Shown one piece after another: positions 10,112 to 18,950 of a DNA stretch of 48,901 nucleotides. Numbering within the stretch: position 1 is the stretch's first letter; the number at the start of each line of letters is the position of its first letter. The notes below the pieces were generated by a model that saw nothing but the letters and a program-made list of their open reading frames with translations, was not told the DNA's origin and made no database searches. Origin of the DNA: Segetibacter koreensis (GTDB lineage Bacteria > Bacteroidota > Bacteroidia > Chitinophagales > Chitinophagaceae); the NCBI GenBank assembly GCA_044463445.1, contig JBIQMJ010000001.1:1-48901 (forward strand), written 5' to 3'. The translations under genes and the position numbers were made by a program.

Positions 10112-11226
10112 GAGTACTTAAATTTTTATTGCAAAAAGAATTCCGGCAAATATTCCGCGATCCTTCTATTTTCAGGGTATTGTTTATTGCGCCTATCGCC
10201 CAGCTACTCATATTGCCATTGGCAGCAAATTATCAAATAAAAAATATTAACCTGGCTGTGGTTGATCATGACCATTCACAATATTCACAAATATTAATCA
10301 ACAAAATAGTTTCTTCCGGATACTTCAGGTTAAAAGATTACAGCGCTACCTTTCCACAAGCCTTACATTCTGTTGAACTGGATAAATCAGATATTATCCT
10401 GGAAATTCCTGATCATTTTCAAAAAGATCTGGTAAAAGACAGCAAGGCCAATTTATTTATTGCTGCCAATGCGATCAACGGAATTAAAGCCGGGCTTGGC
10501 TCAGCCTATATTCAACAGATCATACAGAATTATAATCAAACAGTAAGGATGCAATGGATTCAATTTCCGCGTTTTGATCCGCAACCCGTTATTGATGTTG
10601 AATATTCTGATTGGTACAATCCTAATATGGACTATCCTTATTTTATGGTTCCCGGCATTCTTGTAATGTTGATCACAATCATCGGTTCTAATTTTGCGGC
10701 ACTCAATATCGTAAAGGAAAAAGAATTGGGGACTATAGAACAGATCAACGTGAGCCCTATTAAAAAAACCTATTTTATCCTGGGCAAATTAATTCCTTTC
10801 TGGATATTGGCATTGGTGGTATTGACAGCAGGCCTCATCATTGCCTATTTGGTGTATGGGATCATTCCGCTCGGCCATTACGCGACGATTTATCTTTTTT
10901 CTGCCATTTATTTATTGGCAATCCTGGGCCTCGGCTTACTGATGTCCACCTATGCTCACACGCAACAACAGTCGTTCCTGGTAGCTTTTTTTGTAATTAT
11001 GATCTTTAATTTGATGAGTGGCTTATTCACACCTGTTGAAAGCATGCCGCACTGGGCACAGGTAGTCACCTGGTTTAATCCGGTCACTTATTTTATCGAA
11101 GTAATGAGAATGGTAATCTTAAAGGGAAGTGGCGTAGCCGATATAAAAAAACAAATATTTGCTGTAATTGGCTTCGCCATTTTCTTTAACGGATGGGCGG
11201 TTTTAAATTACAGGAAAAGATCATAG
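10108..11226 (+). CDS. ABC-2 type permease (YbhR-like)
   Basis: KEFRQIFRD, WYNP, IVKEKELGTIEQ; TM helices; overlaps the previous stop (ATGA). Confidence 0.93.
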   Translation: MRVLKFLLQKEFRQIFRDPSIFRVLFIAPIAQLLILPLAANYQIKNINLAVVDHDHSQYSQILINKIVSSGYFRLKDYSATFPQALHSVELDKSDIILEIPDHFQKDLVKDSKANLFIAANAINGIKAGLGSAYIQQIIQNYNQTVRMQWIQFPRFDPQPVIDVEYSDWYNPNMDYPYFMVPGILVMLITIIGSNFAALNIVKEKELGTIEQINVSPIKKTYFILGKLIPFWILALVVLTAGLIIAYLVYGIIPLGHYATIYLFSAIYLLAILGLGLLMSTYAHTQQQSFLVAFFVIMIFNLMSGLFTPVESMPHWAQVVTWFNPVTYFIEVMRMVILKGSGVADIKKQIFAVIGFAIFFNGWAVLNYRKRS

Positions 11227-11736
11227 TATCCACCCTGCTTGCCCCACGATCATCTGCGAATACTACAGTGAACCAATAAATTTCCTCTATTTTCATTTAA
11301 CGAATTGTGCGGCAAGACTCCTTATTAAAATATAATACAAAATCCGGCAACGAATCTTTAAAACAGTATTCACCTTGCTACCTAAAATAAGATTTCTTTT
11401 TATTTATTGCCTTACTGCTATTTCAGAAATGAGAAATTTCTTTTCCAGGCAGGACATTTTTAAAATCATAAAAGGTTTACATTTACTAAGCGGTTTTTCA
11501 AACTATTTTTAAGGTTGGAAGACGCATCAAAAGAATTGTTGCAACCATTCTTTTGATGGTAGAAAGGATAACTGTAATTATTTAAAATCTGTACACTATA
11601 AAATCAAGATACCATTGGTTTTATAATGCTTCTCCCGATTGAAAACTGGCGTTGGCCTAGTTTTCTTGGTTTTATTTATAAATTATTTTCATTAAGAAAT
11701 ATTGAGTACCTGAATCCAAACTGTAATAGCCTTTCA

Positions 11737-12672
11737 ATGAAATCACAAAAGAAAAAAAGTTCACTGGTTATTCTTTTTTTTCCCGCAATGGTTGCACTAT
11801 TGCTTTACGGAGCGTCTTGCGTTTCAACAAGAAATCATTCCGGAAAAAACTTATTTATATCGTCAGAATTCACCCTTCCAAACAGTTTCACTAATGGCGT
11901 GGAAGGGCCTGCAGTAGATAGATCCGGCAATGTGTATGCGGTGAATTTTTCCAGGCAAGGCACTATTGGAATAATTACGCCACCCGGCGAACCCTTCCTT
12001 TTTGTAGAACTTCCTGACAGCAGTATTGGAAATGGAATCCGGTTTGACAGCCACGGTAACATGTTAATTGCAGACTATAAAATGCACAACGTTCTTAAGG
12101 TGGATATGAAAACAAAAAATATCAGTGTGTATGCGCATGAATCAAGGATGACGCAACCTAATGATCTCGCAATTGACAGCAAAGACAGGGTTTATGCCAG
12201 CGATCCAAATTTTAAAGCACAAACAGGCCGTGTGTGGAGGATTGACACGGATGGTCATGTTATCTTATTGGATAGTTTGCCAGCCGCAGCAAATGGGATA
12301 GAAGTTAGCCCGGACGAAAAGAAGTTATATGTAGGAGCCGGAAGAGATGTTTTTTCTTATGATTTATCAGCAAACGGAGAATTAAGCTATAAAAAATTAC
12401 TGATTGAATTTCCTGATTTTGGTACTGATGGCATGCGTTGCGATGCAAATGGAAACTTATATGTGGCACGTTTTGGAAAAGGGGTGATTGCCAAAGTTTC
12501 TCCTACCGGCAAACTATTACGGGAAATTGAATTAACCGGCAAAAGGCCCACCAATGTAGCATTTGGAGGGAAGGATGGATGCACGGTGTACGTAACATTA
12601 ATGGACAGGGGAAACCTGGAAAGTTTTCGTGTAGGCGTACCCGGTAGAGAGTGGAAAATGAAAAAACTGTGA
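11737..12672 (+). CDS. SMP-30/gluconolactonase/LRE family lipoprotein
   Basis: EGPAVD, GNG, QPND, ANGI, DGMRCD and PTNVAFGG propeller motifs; start moved to ATG 11737, giving MKSQKKK + hydrophobic stretch + GAS-C lipobox. Confidence 0.88.
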   Translation: MKSQKKKSSLVILFFPAMVALLLYGASCVSTRNHSGKNLFISSEFTLPNSFTNGVEGPAVDRSGNVYAVNFSRQGTIGIITPPGEPFLFVELPDSSIGNGIRFDSHGNMLIADYKMHNVLKVDMKTKNISVYAHESRMTQPNDLAIDSKDRVYASDPNFKAQTGRVWRIDTDGHVILLDSLPAAANGIEVSPDEKKLYVGAGRDVFSYDLSANGELSYKKLLIEFPDFGTDGMRCDANGNLYVARFGKGVIAKVSPTGKLLREIELTGKRPTNVAFGGKDGCTVYVTLMDRGNLESFRVGVPGREWKMKKL

Positions 12673-12709
12673 TGAAAAATTTATTATCTAAGTAATAAAA
12701 TAAATAGAA

Positions 12710-13945
12710 ATGAAACGCAGAGATCTTATTAAAGGAATAACCCTTCTTCCAATAGGAGGAGGTTTTATAGGAAGCGTTCTTCCCGGTGAAATAATTGCAG
12801 GCGCCTCAACAAAGCCAGGTAACAAGCGGAACCTGGTGAAAGAATTGGGCATTCGAACTTTTATAAATGCTGCCGGAACATATACTACTATGAGCGCTTC
12901 ACTGATGCACGAGGAAGTAATGGACGCGATCAGTCAAAGCTCCAAAGAATTTTGTATGCTGAATGAAGTGCAGGATAAAGTGGGAGAAAAGATTGCCCAA
13001 ATGGTACATGCAGAAGGGGCAATGGTTACAGCGGGTGCTTTTTCTGCCTTAACCCTGGGGATGGCTGGAATCCTGACAGGCACAGACCCAGAAAAGATAA
13101 AAAGATTACCGCATCGCTTGCAGGAAGCCGGCATGAAATCAGAAGTATTATTGCAGAAAGGCCATTTTGATGGCTACGAACAAGCGCTGCATAACACAGG
13201 TGTGACTCTGATCCCGGTAGAAACAGCAGAGGATGTGGAAAGATCTGTCAATGAAAAAACTGCTTCAATGCATTTTCTAAATTGCAATGCACAGGAAGGA
13301 AAAATTATGCACGAAGAATGGTTGCAATTAGCCAACAAACACCATCTTCCGGCTACCATTGATATTGCAGCAGATGTGCCGCCGGTGTCCAATTTATGGA
13401 AGTACAATGATATGGGTTTTAGTTTCGTTGCGCTCTCCGGAGGAAAAGCCATACGTGGCCCGCAAAGCACAGGAATACTAATGGGCAAAAAAGATATCAT
13501 TGCCGGGGCGCTGCTAAATAATTCTCCCAACGGAGTCACCATTGGCCGCGGAATGAAGGTGAATAAAGAAGAAATTTTGGGGATGTATGCCGCATTGGAT
13601 AAATATATTAACCAGGACCATGATAAAGAATGGAAAATGTGGGAAGATAATATCGGGTTTATCAACGATGCTGTCAAAAAAATTAACGGTATTACCACAG
13701 AAATAACTGTTCCACCCATTGCCAATCATACGCCGAAGCTGACGATCAGTTGGGATAAAAATATTATTAAAACCACCCGGAAAGATTTAGGAGAAAAGTT
13801 GCGAAACGGAGATCCTTCTATAGAAGTGATCTCATGGGGAGAGCCGGATAATAGTATCAGTCTTACAGTATTTATGTTGAAAAAAGGAGAGCATAAGATA
13901 GTGGCCAAAAGGATTCAGGAAGAATTTTTAAAGGCTTCAGTATAG
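12710..13945 (+). CDS. SelA-like/DgaE-like PLP-dependent enzyme with Tat signal (paralogue 1)
   Basis: INAAGTYT, DIAAD, PLP-lysine motif SGGKAIRGPQSTG, IGRGMKVNKEEI; N-terminus MKRRDLIKG. Confidence 0.88.
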   Translation: MKRRDLIKGITLLPIGGGFIGSVLPGEIIAGASTKPGNKRNLVKELGIRTFINAAGTYTTMSASLMHEEVMDAISQSSKEFCMLNEVQDKVGEKIAQMVHAEGAMVTAGAFSALTLGMAGILTGTDPEKIKRLPHRLQEAGMKSEVLLQKGHFDGYEQALHNTGVTLIPVETAEDVERSVNEKTASMHFLNCNAQEGKIMHEEWLQLANKHHLPATIDIAADVPPVSNLWKYNDMGFSFVALSGGKAIRGPQSTGILMGKKDIIAGALLNNSPNGVTIGRGMKVNKEEILGMYAALDKYINQDHDKEWKMWEDNIGFINDAVKKINGITTEITVPPIANHTPKLTISWDKNIIKTTRKDLGEKLRNGDPSIEVISWGEPDNSISLTVFMLKKGEHKIVAKRIQEEFLKASV

Positions 13946-14025
13946 TAAACAAAGTTTTTTCGGTTCTTTTTAATTGGTAATAAAAATTGATTCTGTCAGC
14001 TCATTTTATTGTAAACACACTTTTT

Positions 14026-15756
14026 ATGAGATTACGTGGCTTGCACTTTCTTCTTTACTGCTTATTGACCATAAGCCTCATACAATGCAGAAGGCATGGC
14101 CTTCCCCCAGGCGATACCAACAACGGCGGCCTTATATTACCTGGTGGGTTCGAAGCGGTAGTAGTGACAGACAGTATAAAAGGCGCTGCAAGGCACATTG
14201 CTGTTGGGGATAACGGTGATGTGTATGTGAAATTAAGGTTTCCCTATTCAGAAAGGGGAAATGCAGTTTTGAGAGATTTGAACAACGATGGCAAGGCCGA
14301 TACAATTGCGTACTTCGGCAATTATCCTGATAAAAGTGGCGGTTATGGTACAGAAATGAGAATTCACAACGGTTATTTATGGTTCAGCTCTGTAACACAG
14401 GTTTACCGGCAAAAATTAACGACCGGCAAATTGGTTCCCGATAGTAAAATAGAACTGATGTTGACAGATACACAACCTCCGCGCCAGCATGATACCAAAC
14501 CAATCGCTTTTGACGATAAAGGAAATATGTATATTCCATTTGGAGCGCCATCCGATTGTTGCCAGTTTGAAGACCGGACTCCTTTTTCGCCCGGCATGGA
14601 TCCTTGCCCTATTCTCGAACTAAGAGGGGGTATTTGGAAATTCGATGCCAACAAGCCAAATCAATTTCAAAAAGATGGAAAAAAATTTGCCACAGGGCTC
14701 CGAAGTATTGTAGCCCTTGAATGGAATGATAAAACCAATAATTTATACACCATTATGCACGGGCGGGATTACTTGCATTCAACCTGGCCTGAATATTTTT
14801 CCGAATGGGAAGGGGCGGTGCTTCCTTCGGAAGAATTCCTGTTATTAAAAGATGGATCTGATGCAGGCTGGCCTTATTATTATTATGACCACATAAAAGG
14901 AAAATTATTTCTCAATCCCGAATACGGAGGTGATGGAAAGAAGGAAGGAAAAGGTTCTGAATATACACAGCCAATTGTAGGTTTCCCCGGCCATTTTGCG
15001 CCTAATGATTTATTGTTTTATCGCGGCAGTCAGTTTCCTGAACATTATAAAGATGGCGCTTTCATTGCCTTTCACGGATCTACCAGCAGCGCGCCTTATC
15101 CGCAATCCGGTTACTTCGTTTGTTTTGTTCCATTTAAAAATGGCCAACCTTCCGGCCCCTGGGAAGTTTTTGCCAACGGGTTTGCAGGAGTAGATACTGT
15201 CGTGAATACCAGTGATGCCATGTACAGACCCATGGGTTTGGCAATAGGGCCTGACGGTTCGTTATACATTTCCGATTCAGAAAAAGGTAAGATATGGCGT
15301 GTGATGTATAAAGGAAATAAAGCTAAATTCGGAGAGGCGCAATTAGCCGAAATGGCAACAATAAAAAAGAAGGCAACCAATATTAAAATACCCGATGAAA
15401 TCGCAGATAATCTTGATAAAGGAAATGTAAATGCAGGTGGGAGATTATACAATACCTATTGCGGGGTTTGCCACCAACGGGACGGAATGGGCAATGACCG
15501 TTTTCCCCCTTTAAGTGGATCTGAATGGGTCACAGGCAATAAAATGGTTCCAATTAGTATCATACTGAATGGGCTTGAAGGCGAATTGCACGTAAAAGGA
15601 AAAATGTATAATAATAAAATGCCGCGGCTTCATCTTTTGTCAGACGGAACTATAGCGGAAATAGTAACGTATATCCGACAGAATTTTAATAATAATGCAA
15701 GTGCTGTTTCTACTGAAGATGTTTTAAAAACACGGAAGGAATTGAGTAGTAAATAA
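14026..15756 (+). CDS. sorbosone/aldose dehydrogenase-type (PQQ-dependent family) beta-propeller fused to C-terminal cytochrome c, lipoprotein
   Basis: LILPGGFEA, FATGLRSIVA, GWPY, AFHGS, RPMGLAIGPDGSLYISD; CGVCH heme motif with distal KMP; LIQ-C lipobox using ATG 14026. Confidence 0.85.
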   Translation: MRLRGLHFLLYCLLTISLIQCRRHGLPPGDTNNGGLILPGGFEAVVVTDSIKGAARHIAVGDNGDVYVKLRFPYSERGNAVLRDLNNDGKADTIAYFGNYPDKSGGYGTEMRIHNGYLWFSSVTQVYRQKLTTGKLVPDSKIELMLTDTQPPRQHDTKPIAFDDKGNMYIPFGAPSDCCQFEDRTPFSPGMDPCPILELRGGIWKFDANKPNQFQKDGKKFATGLRSIVALEWNDKTNNLYTIMHGRDYLHSTWPEYFSEWEGAVLPSEEFLLLKDGSDAGWPYYYYDHIKGKLFLNPEYGGDGKKEGKGSEYTQPIVGFPGHFAPNDLLFYRGSQFPEHYKDGAFIAFHGSTSSAPYPQSGYFVCFVPFKNGQPSGPWEVFANGFAGVDTVVNTSDAMYRPMGLAIGPDGSLYISDSEKGKIWRVMYKGNKAKFGEAQLAEMATIKKKATNIKIPDEIADNLDKGNVNAGGRLYNTYCGVCHQRDGMGNDRFPPLSGSEWVTGNKMVPISIILNGLEGELHVKGKMYNNKMPRLHLLSDGTIAEIVTYIRQNFNNNASAVSTEDVLKTRKELSSK

Positions 15757-15801
15757 GATAGAGGATATTAGTTCTTTGAAAGTAAAGAAAGAAATAAAAA
15801 A

Positions 15802-16920
15802 ATGGGAATGGTAAAAAATTTGTCTGCAATTTTTCTTGTAATCGTTTCATTGTTTTACGGAGCAGTTTACGCGCAAGGCACCGATTTTGATTATAACAGG
15901 CTTTTGCAAATTCCTTTGCAGTATACAGTTTTGAAAACAACCGAAAAGATGGTTATTGATGGAAAAGATGATGAAAAGGATTGGAGCAAAGCGCCGTGGA
16001 CACCGGCATTTACAGATATCGCCACCGGCAGAAAAATTAATTCAAAGCAAGAGGCTAAATGCAAAATGCTATGGGATAAGGATTTCTTATACGTGTATGC
16101 AAAGTTTAGCGAGCCGGATTTGTGGGCCTCAATCACTAAACACGACGAGTCAGTTTTCCAGGATAATGCATTTGAAATGTTTATTGCTCCTGGTGGAAAA
16201 ACTTACGACTATTTTGAATTCCAGATAAATGCTTATGGAACTGTGTGGGATTTATTTATGCCTAAACCTTATCGCAACGGAGGAATGGGCTTAACCAATT
16301 GGGATATAAAAGGATTGCAAAAAGCGGTTTATTTAGATGGAACATTAAATAATCCTGCGGATAAAGACAAAGGCTGGAGCATAGAATTAGCCGTACCTTT
16401 CAGTTCGGTTCAGATGAATAGCGGTCATCATCCGGCAAGTGGAACCATTTGGCGTATGAATTTTTCCCGTGTACAATGGCAGCTTGATACATTAAATGGA
16501 AAATACTTTCGGCAAAAAGATAAGGCAACAGGTAAATTATTGCAGGAACATTATTCAGTATGGTCGCCGCAGGGAATCATTAATTTACATTATCCTGAAA
16601 GATGGGGATATATTCTGTTTTCAGATACGTTATCAACGAAAAGTTTTCTTTCTGCAGAAGATGAAAAATCGAAATTGTTGCTTTGGAAATATTATTACCT
16701 GCAACAGGAATTCAAAAGGAAAAATGGAAAATATGCGACTCGTTTAAAACATTTGGATAAACTTTTTACCGGTAAGGCAAGCCTGGCAAAAAGCAAATCT
16801 AAAATTAAAATGCATGCAGATGAACGGCAGTTTTTGTTAGAGGTTTTTTTGGCATCCACCAATGAAATGATGTCTTTAAATGATGAAGGCGAAGTTCATT
16901 TTGAGAAACAAATGCACTGA
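15802..16920 (+). CDS. carbohydrate-binding family 9-like (DOMON-fold) exported protein
   Basis: IDGK.DE..W..A.W, KMLWD..LY, D..EMFI, YFEFQINA.GT.WD, WSIELAVP, WRMNFSR; signal peptide VYA-Q. Confidence 0.82.
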   Translation: MGMVKNLSAIFLVIVSLFYGAVYAQGTDFDYNRLLQIPLQYTVLKTTEKMVIDGKDDEKDWSKAPWTPAFTDIATGRKINSKQEAKCKMLWDKDFLYVYAKFSEPDLWASITKHDESVFQDNAFEMFIAPGGKTYDYFEFQINAYGTVWDLFMPKPYRNGGMGLTNWDIKGLQKAVYLDGTLNNPADKDKGWSIELAVPFSSVQMNSGHHPASGTIWRMNFSRVQWQLDTLNGKYFRQKDKATGKLLQEHYSVWSPQGIINLHYPERWGYILFSDTLSTKSFLSAEDEKSKLLLWKYYYLQQEFKRKNGKYATRLKHLDKLFTGKASLAKSKSKIKMHADERQFLLEVFLASTNEMMSLNDEGEVHFEKQMH

Positions 16921-17059
16921 CAGGAAATGTACACTGAGGAGAATATTTTGTAGAGTAAATGAATAAATAACGGCGATTTTTATTTTACAGCAAACAAGCA
17001 AATAACAGTAATTCTTATTTTAAAATTCACCTTTTATAAACCCTTAAAAAAATCAATTT

Positions 17060-17524
17060 ATGCAAACAGAAAGAAGATCAGCTATTAAAAAATTATTAGC
17101 TTCCGTAACAGCTATCGCGGGATTCGGATTAGCCGCCAAAGCAAAAGCAATTACAGGCAAAGAAAAGCAAGTTGGAAATATAACGACTTCACAGGATGTG
17201 CCTTTATTCTCAGGGCATACCATACACGGCGACCTGGTTTATATTGCCGGCAAAGGGGCTCATGTTGCCCCATTTGAGATAAAAGCTCACACAGAAATTG
17301 TGCTCAAAGAGCTGGAGAAAGAATTAATCAAAGCGGGATCTTCAATGGAAAAGGTTTTGAAAGTAAGCGTATTTCTGAATGACATTGCCGATTACCAGGG
17401 AATGAATGAAGTGTACAAAGGCCGCTTTGGAAAGAAGCCACCGGTGCGTACTACCGTTGCAGTAGCAAAGGGAGGAGTGCCCGGCGATTCTTTAGTGGAA
17501 ATGGATTGTATCGCCTATCTGTGA
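17060..17524 (+). CDS. RidA/YjgF family imine deaminase with Tat signal
   Basis: LVYIAG, KVSVFL, MNEVY, PPVRTTV (catalytic Arg), LVEMDCIA; N-terminus ERRSAIKK + hydrophobic stretch + AKA. Confidence 0.9.
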   Translation: MQTERRSAIKKLLASVTAIAGFGLAAKAKAITGKEKQVGNITTSQDVPLFSGHTIHGDLVYIAGKGAHVAPFEIKAHTEIVLKELEKELIKAGSSMEKVLKVSVFLNDIADYQGMNEVYKGRFGKKPPVRTTVAVAKGGVPGDSLVEMDCIAYL

Positions 17525-17674
17525 TCGGGTATAAAATATAGATTTCTTTATTTTATCAGAGGTCTGAACGGATTATTTTGTTGGTGTCAGAATTAAAAGA
17601 GAATTGATCAAAGGATTATAAAAATTAAATCTTTGATTGCTGAATTAAATTTTTAACCCCGATAAATTTAAAAC

Positions 17675-18901
17675 ATGAAACGTAGAGATGTAATAAAAGG
17701 GCTTAGTTTATTGCCCCTGTCCGGCGGAGTAATAGGAGGGGCGCTCTCTTCCGAATCCGTTTTTGCTGCACAAAAAGAAAAAGGAGCAAAGCGTGATTTG
17801 TTTGAGGAATTAGGAGTTACCCGCGTCATCAATGCAGGCGTAACGATGACTTTTCTGTCCGGTTCGCTGATGATGCCGGAGGTAATGGATGCCATCAATT
17901 CAACAAGCCATGACTTTGCCAATATGTATGAGCTTCAGGATAAAGTAGGAGCAAAAATGGCAGAGATGCTGCAATGTGAAGCTGCCATGGTAACTTCCGG
18001 AGCTGCGTGTGCATTGTTGTTGGGAACCGCTGCCGCAATCACCGGCAAAGATTCGGAAAAAATAAAGTTAATTCCTAACCTGCCGGGACCGCGGCCCGAA
18101 GTGATCATGCAAAAGAGTCATCGTTACCTGTTTGATCAGGCCATTACCACTACCGGAGCAAAAATTATAGAGATAGAAGGCGCCGATGAAATGGATAAAG
18201 CTTTTAACAGCAATACAGTGCTCGCGCTTTTCTTTAATGCAGCAGAGAAATCAAGTGTTACCCGCGAAGACTTTGTTGCAATTTGCAAAAAGCATAATAT
18301 TCCCTCTTTCATTGATGCGGCGGCTGACGTACCGCCGGTAGAGAACCTGTTTGTGTTTCAAAAAATAGGGTTCGACCTCGTCACCTTTTCCGGTGGCAAA
18401 ATGATTCGCGGTCCGCAAAGCGCCGGGTTATTATTCGGGCGGAAAGATTTGATTGGAGCGGCCAAACTGAACCACAGTCCGTACGAAGCCCCGATCGGAA
18501 GGCCCATGAAAGTAAACAAAGAAGAGATATTTGGAATGTATGCGGCATTGAAATCGTATCTTGAACGCGACCATAAAAAAGAATGGAACGACTGGCTAAA
18601 TCGTATAGAACGAATTAGAAAAAAAGTGGAGCAAGTGCAAAGTGTAAAAGGAGAAACACATATAGAACCCGGGCCTGCCAATGCTTTTCCTTCACTTTAT
18701 CTTACCTGGGACCAGGAAACAGTAAAGATGACTGCAAATGATGCACAATCGGCACTTCAGAAGGGTAACCCCAGTATTGTAACCAACGTAGCCAACAAAG
18801 ATGGCAACAAAGTGTTGAGTGTGGGTGTAGTGTTGTTGAGGCCCGACCAGGTCGATATCGTAGCCCGGCGTGTGAAAGAAATTCTGGAACACGCTATTTA
18901 A
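17675..18901 (+). CDS. SelA-like/DgaE-like PLP-dependent enzyme with Tat signal (paralogue 2)
   Basis: VINAG, VTSGAA, DAAAD, FSGGKMIRGPQSAG, IGRPMKVNKEEI; N-terminus MKRRDVIKG. Confidence 0.88.
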   Translation: MKRRDVIKGLSLLPLSGGVIGGALSSESVFAAQKEKGAKRDLFEELGVTRVINAGVTMTFLSGSLMMPEVMDAINSTSHDFANMYELQDKVGAKMAEMLQCEAAMVTSGAACALLLGTAAAITGKDSEKIKLIPNLPGPRPEVIMQKSHRYLFDQAITTTGAKIIEIEGADEMDKAFNSNTVLALFFNAAEKSSVTREDFVAICKKHNIPSFIDAAADVPPVENLFVFQKIGFDLVTFSGGKMIRGPQSAGLLFGRKDLIGAAKLNHSPYEAPIGRPMKVNKEEIFGMYAALKSYLERDHKKEWNDWLNRIERIRKKVEQVQSVKGETHIEPGPANAFPSLYLTWDQETVKMTANDAQSALQKGNPSIVTNVANKDGNKVLSVGVVLLRPDQVDIVARRVKEILEHAI

Positions 18902-18950
18902 TATCTTACTGAAAGAAATAATATCTTAATAGTAAAACAAAAATCAATCA

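Noticed and set aside
12710-18901. Calling the two PLP genes selA (selenocysteine synthase)
   Set aside because: Tat signals, shorter length without an evident tRNA-binding N-terminal domain, SGGK rather than SGDK, and no selB, selD or tRNA-Sec in the window
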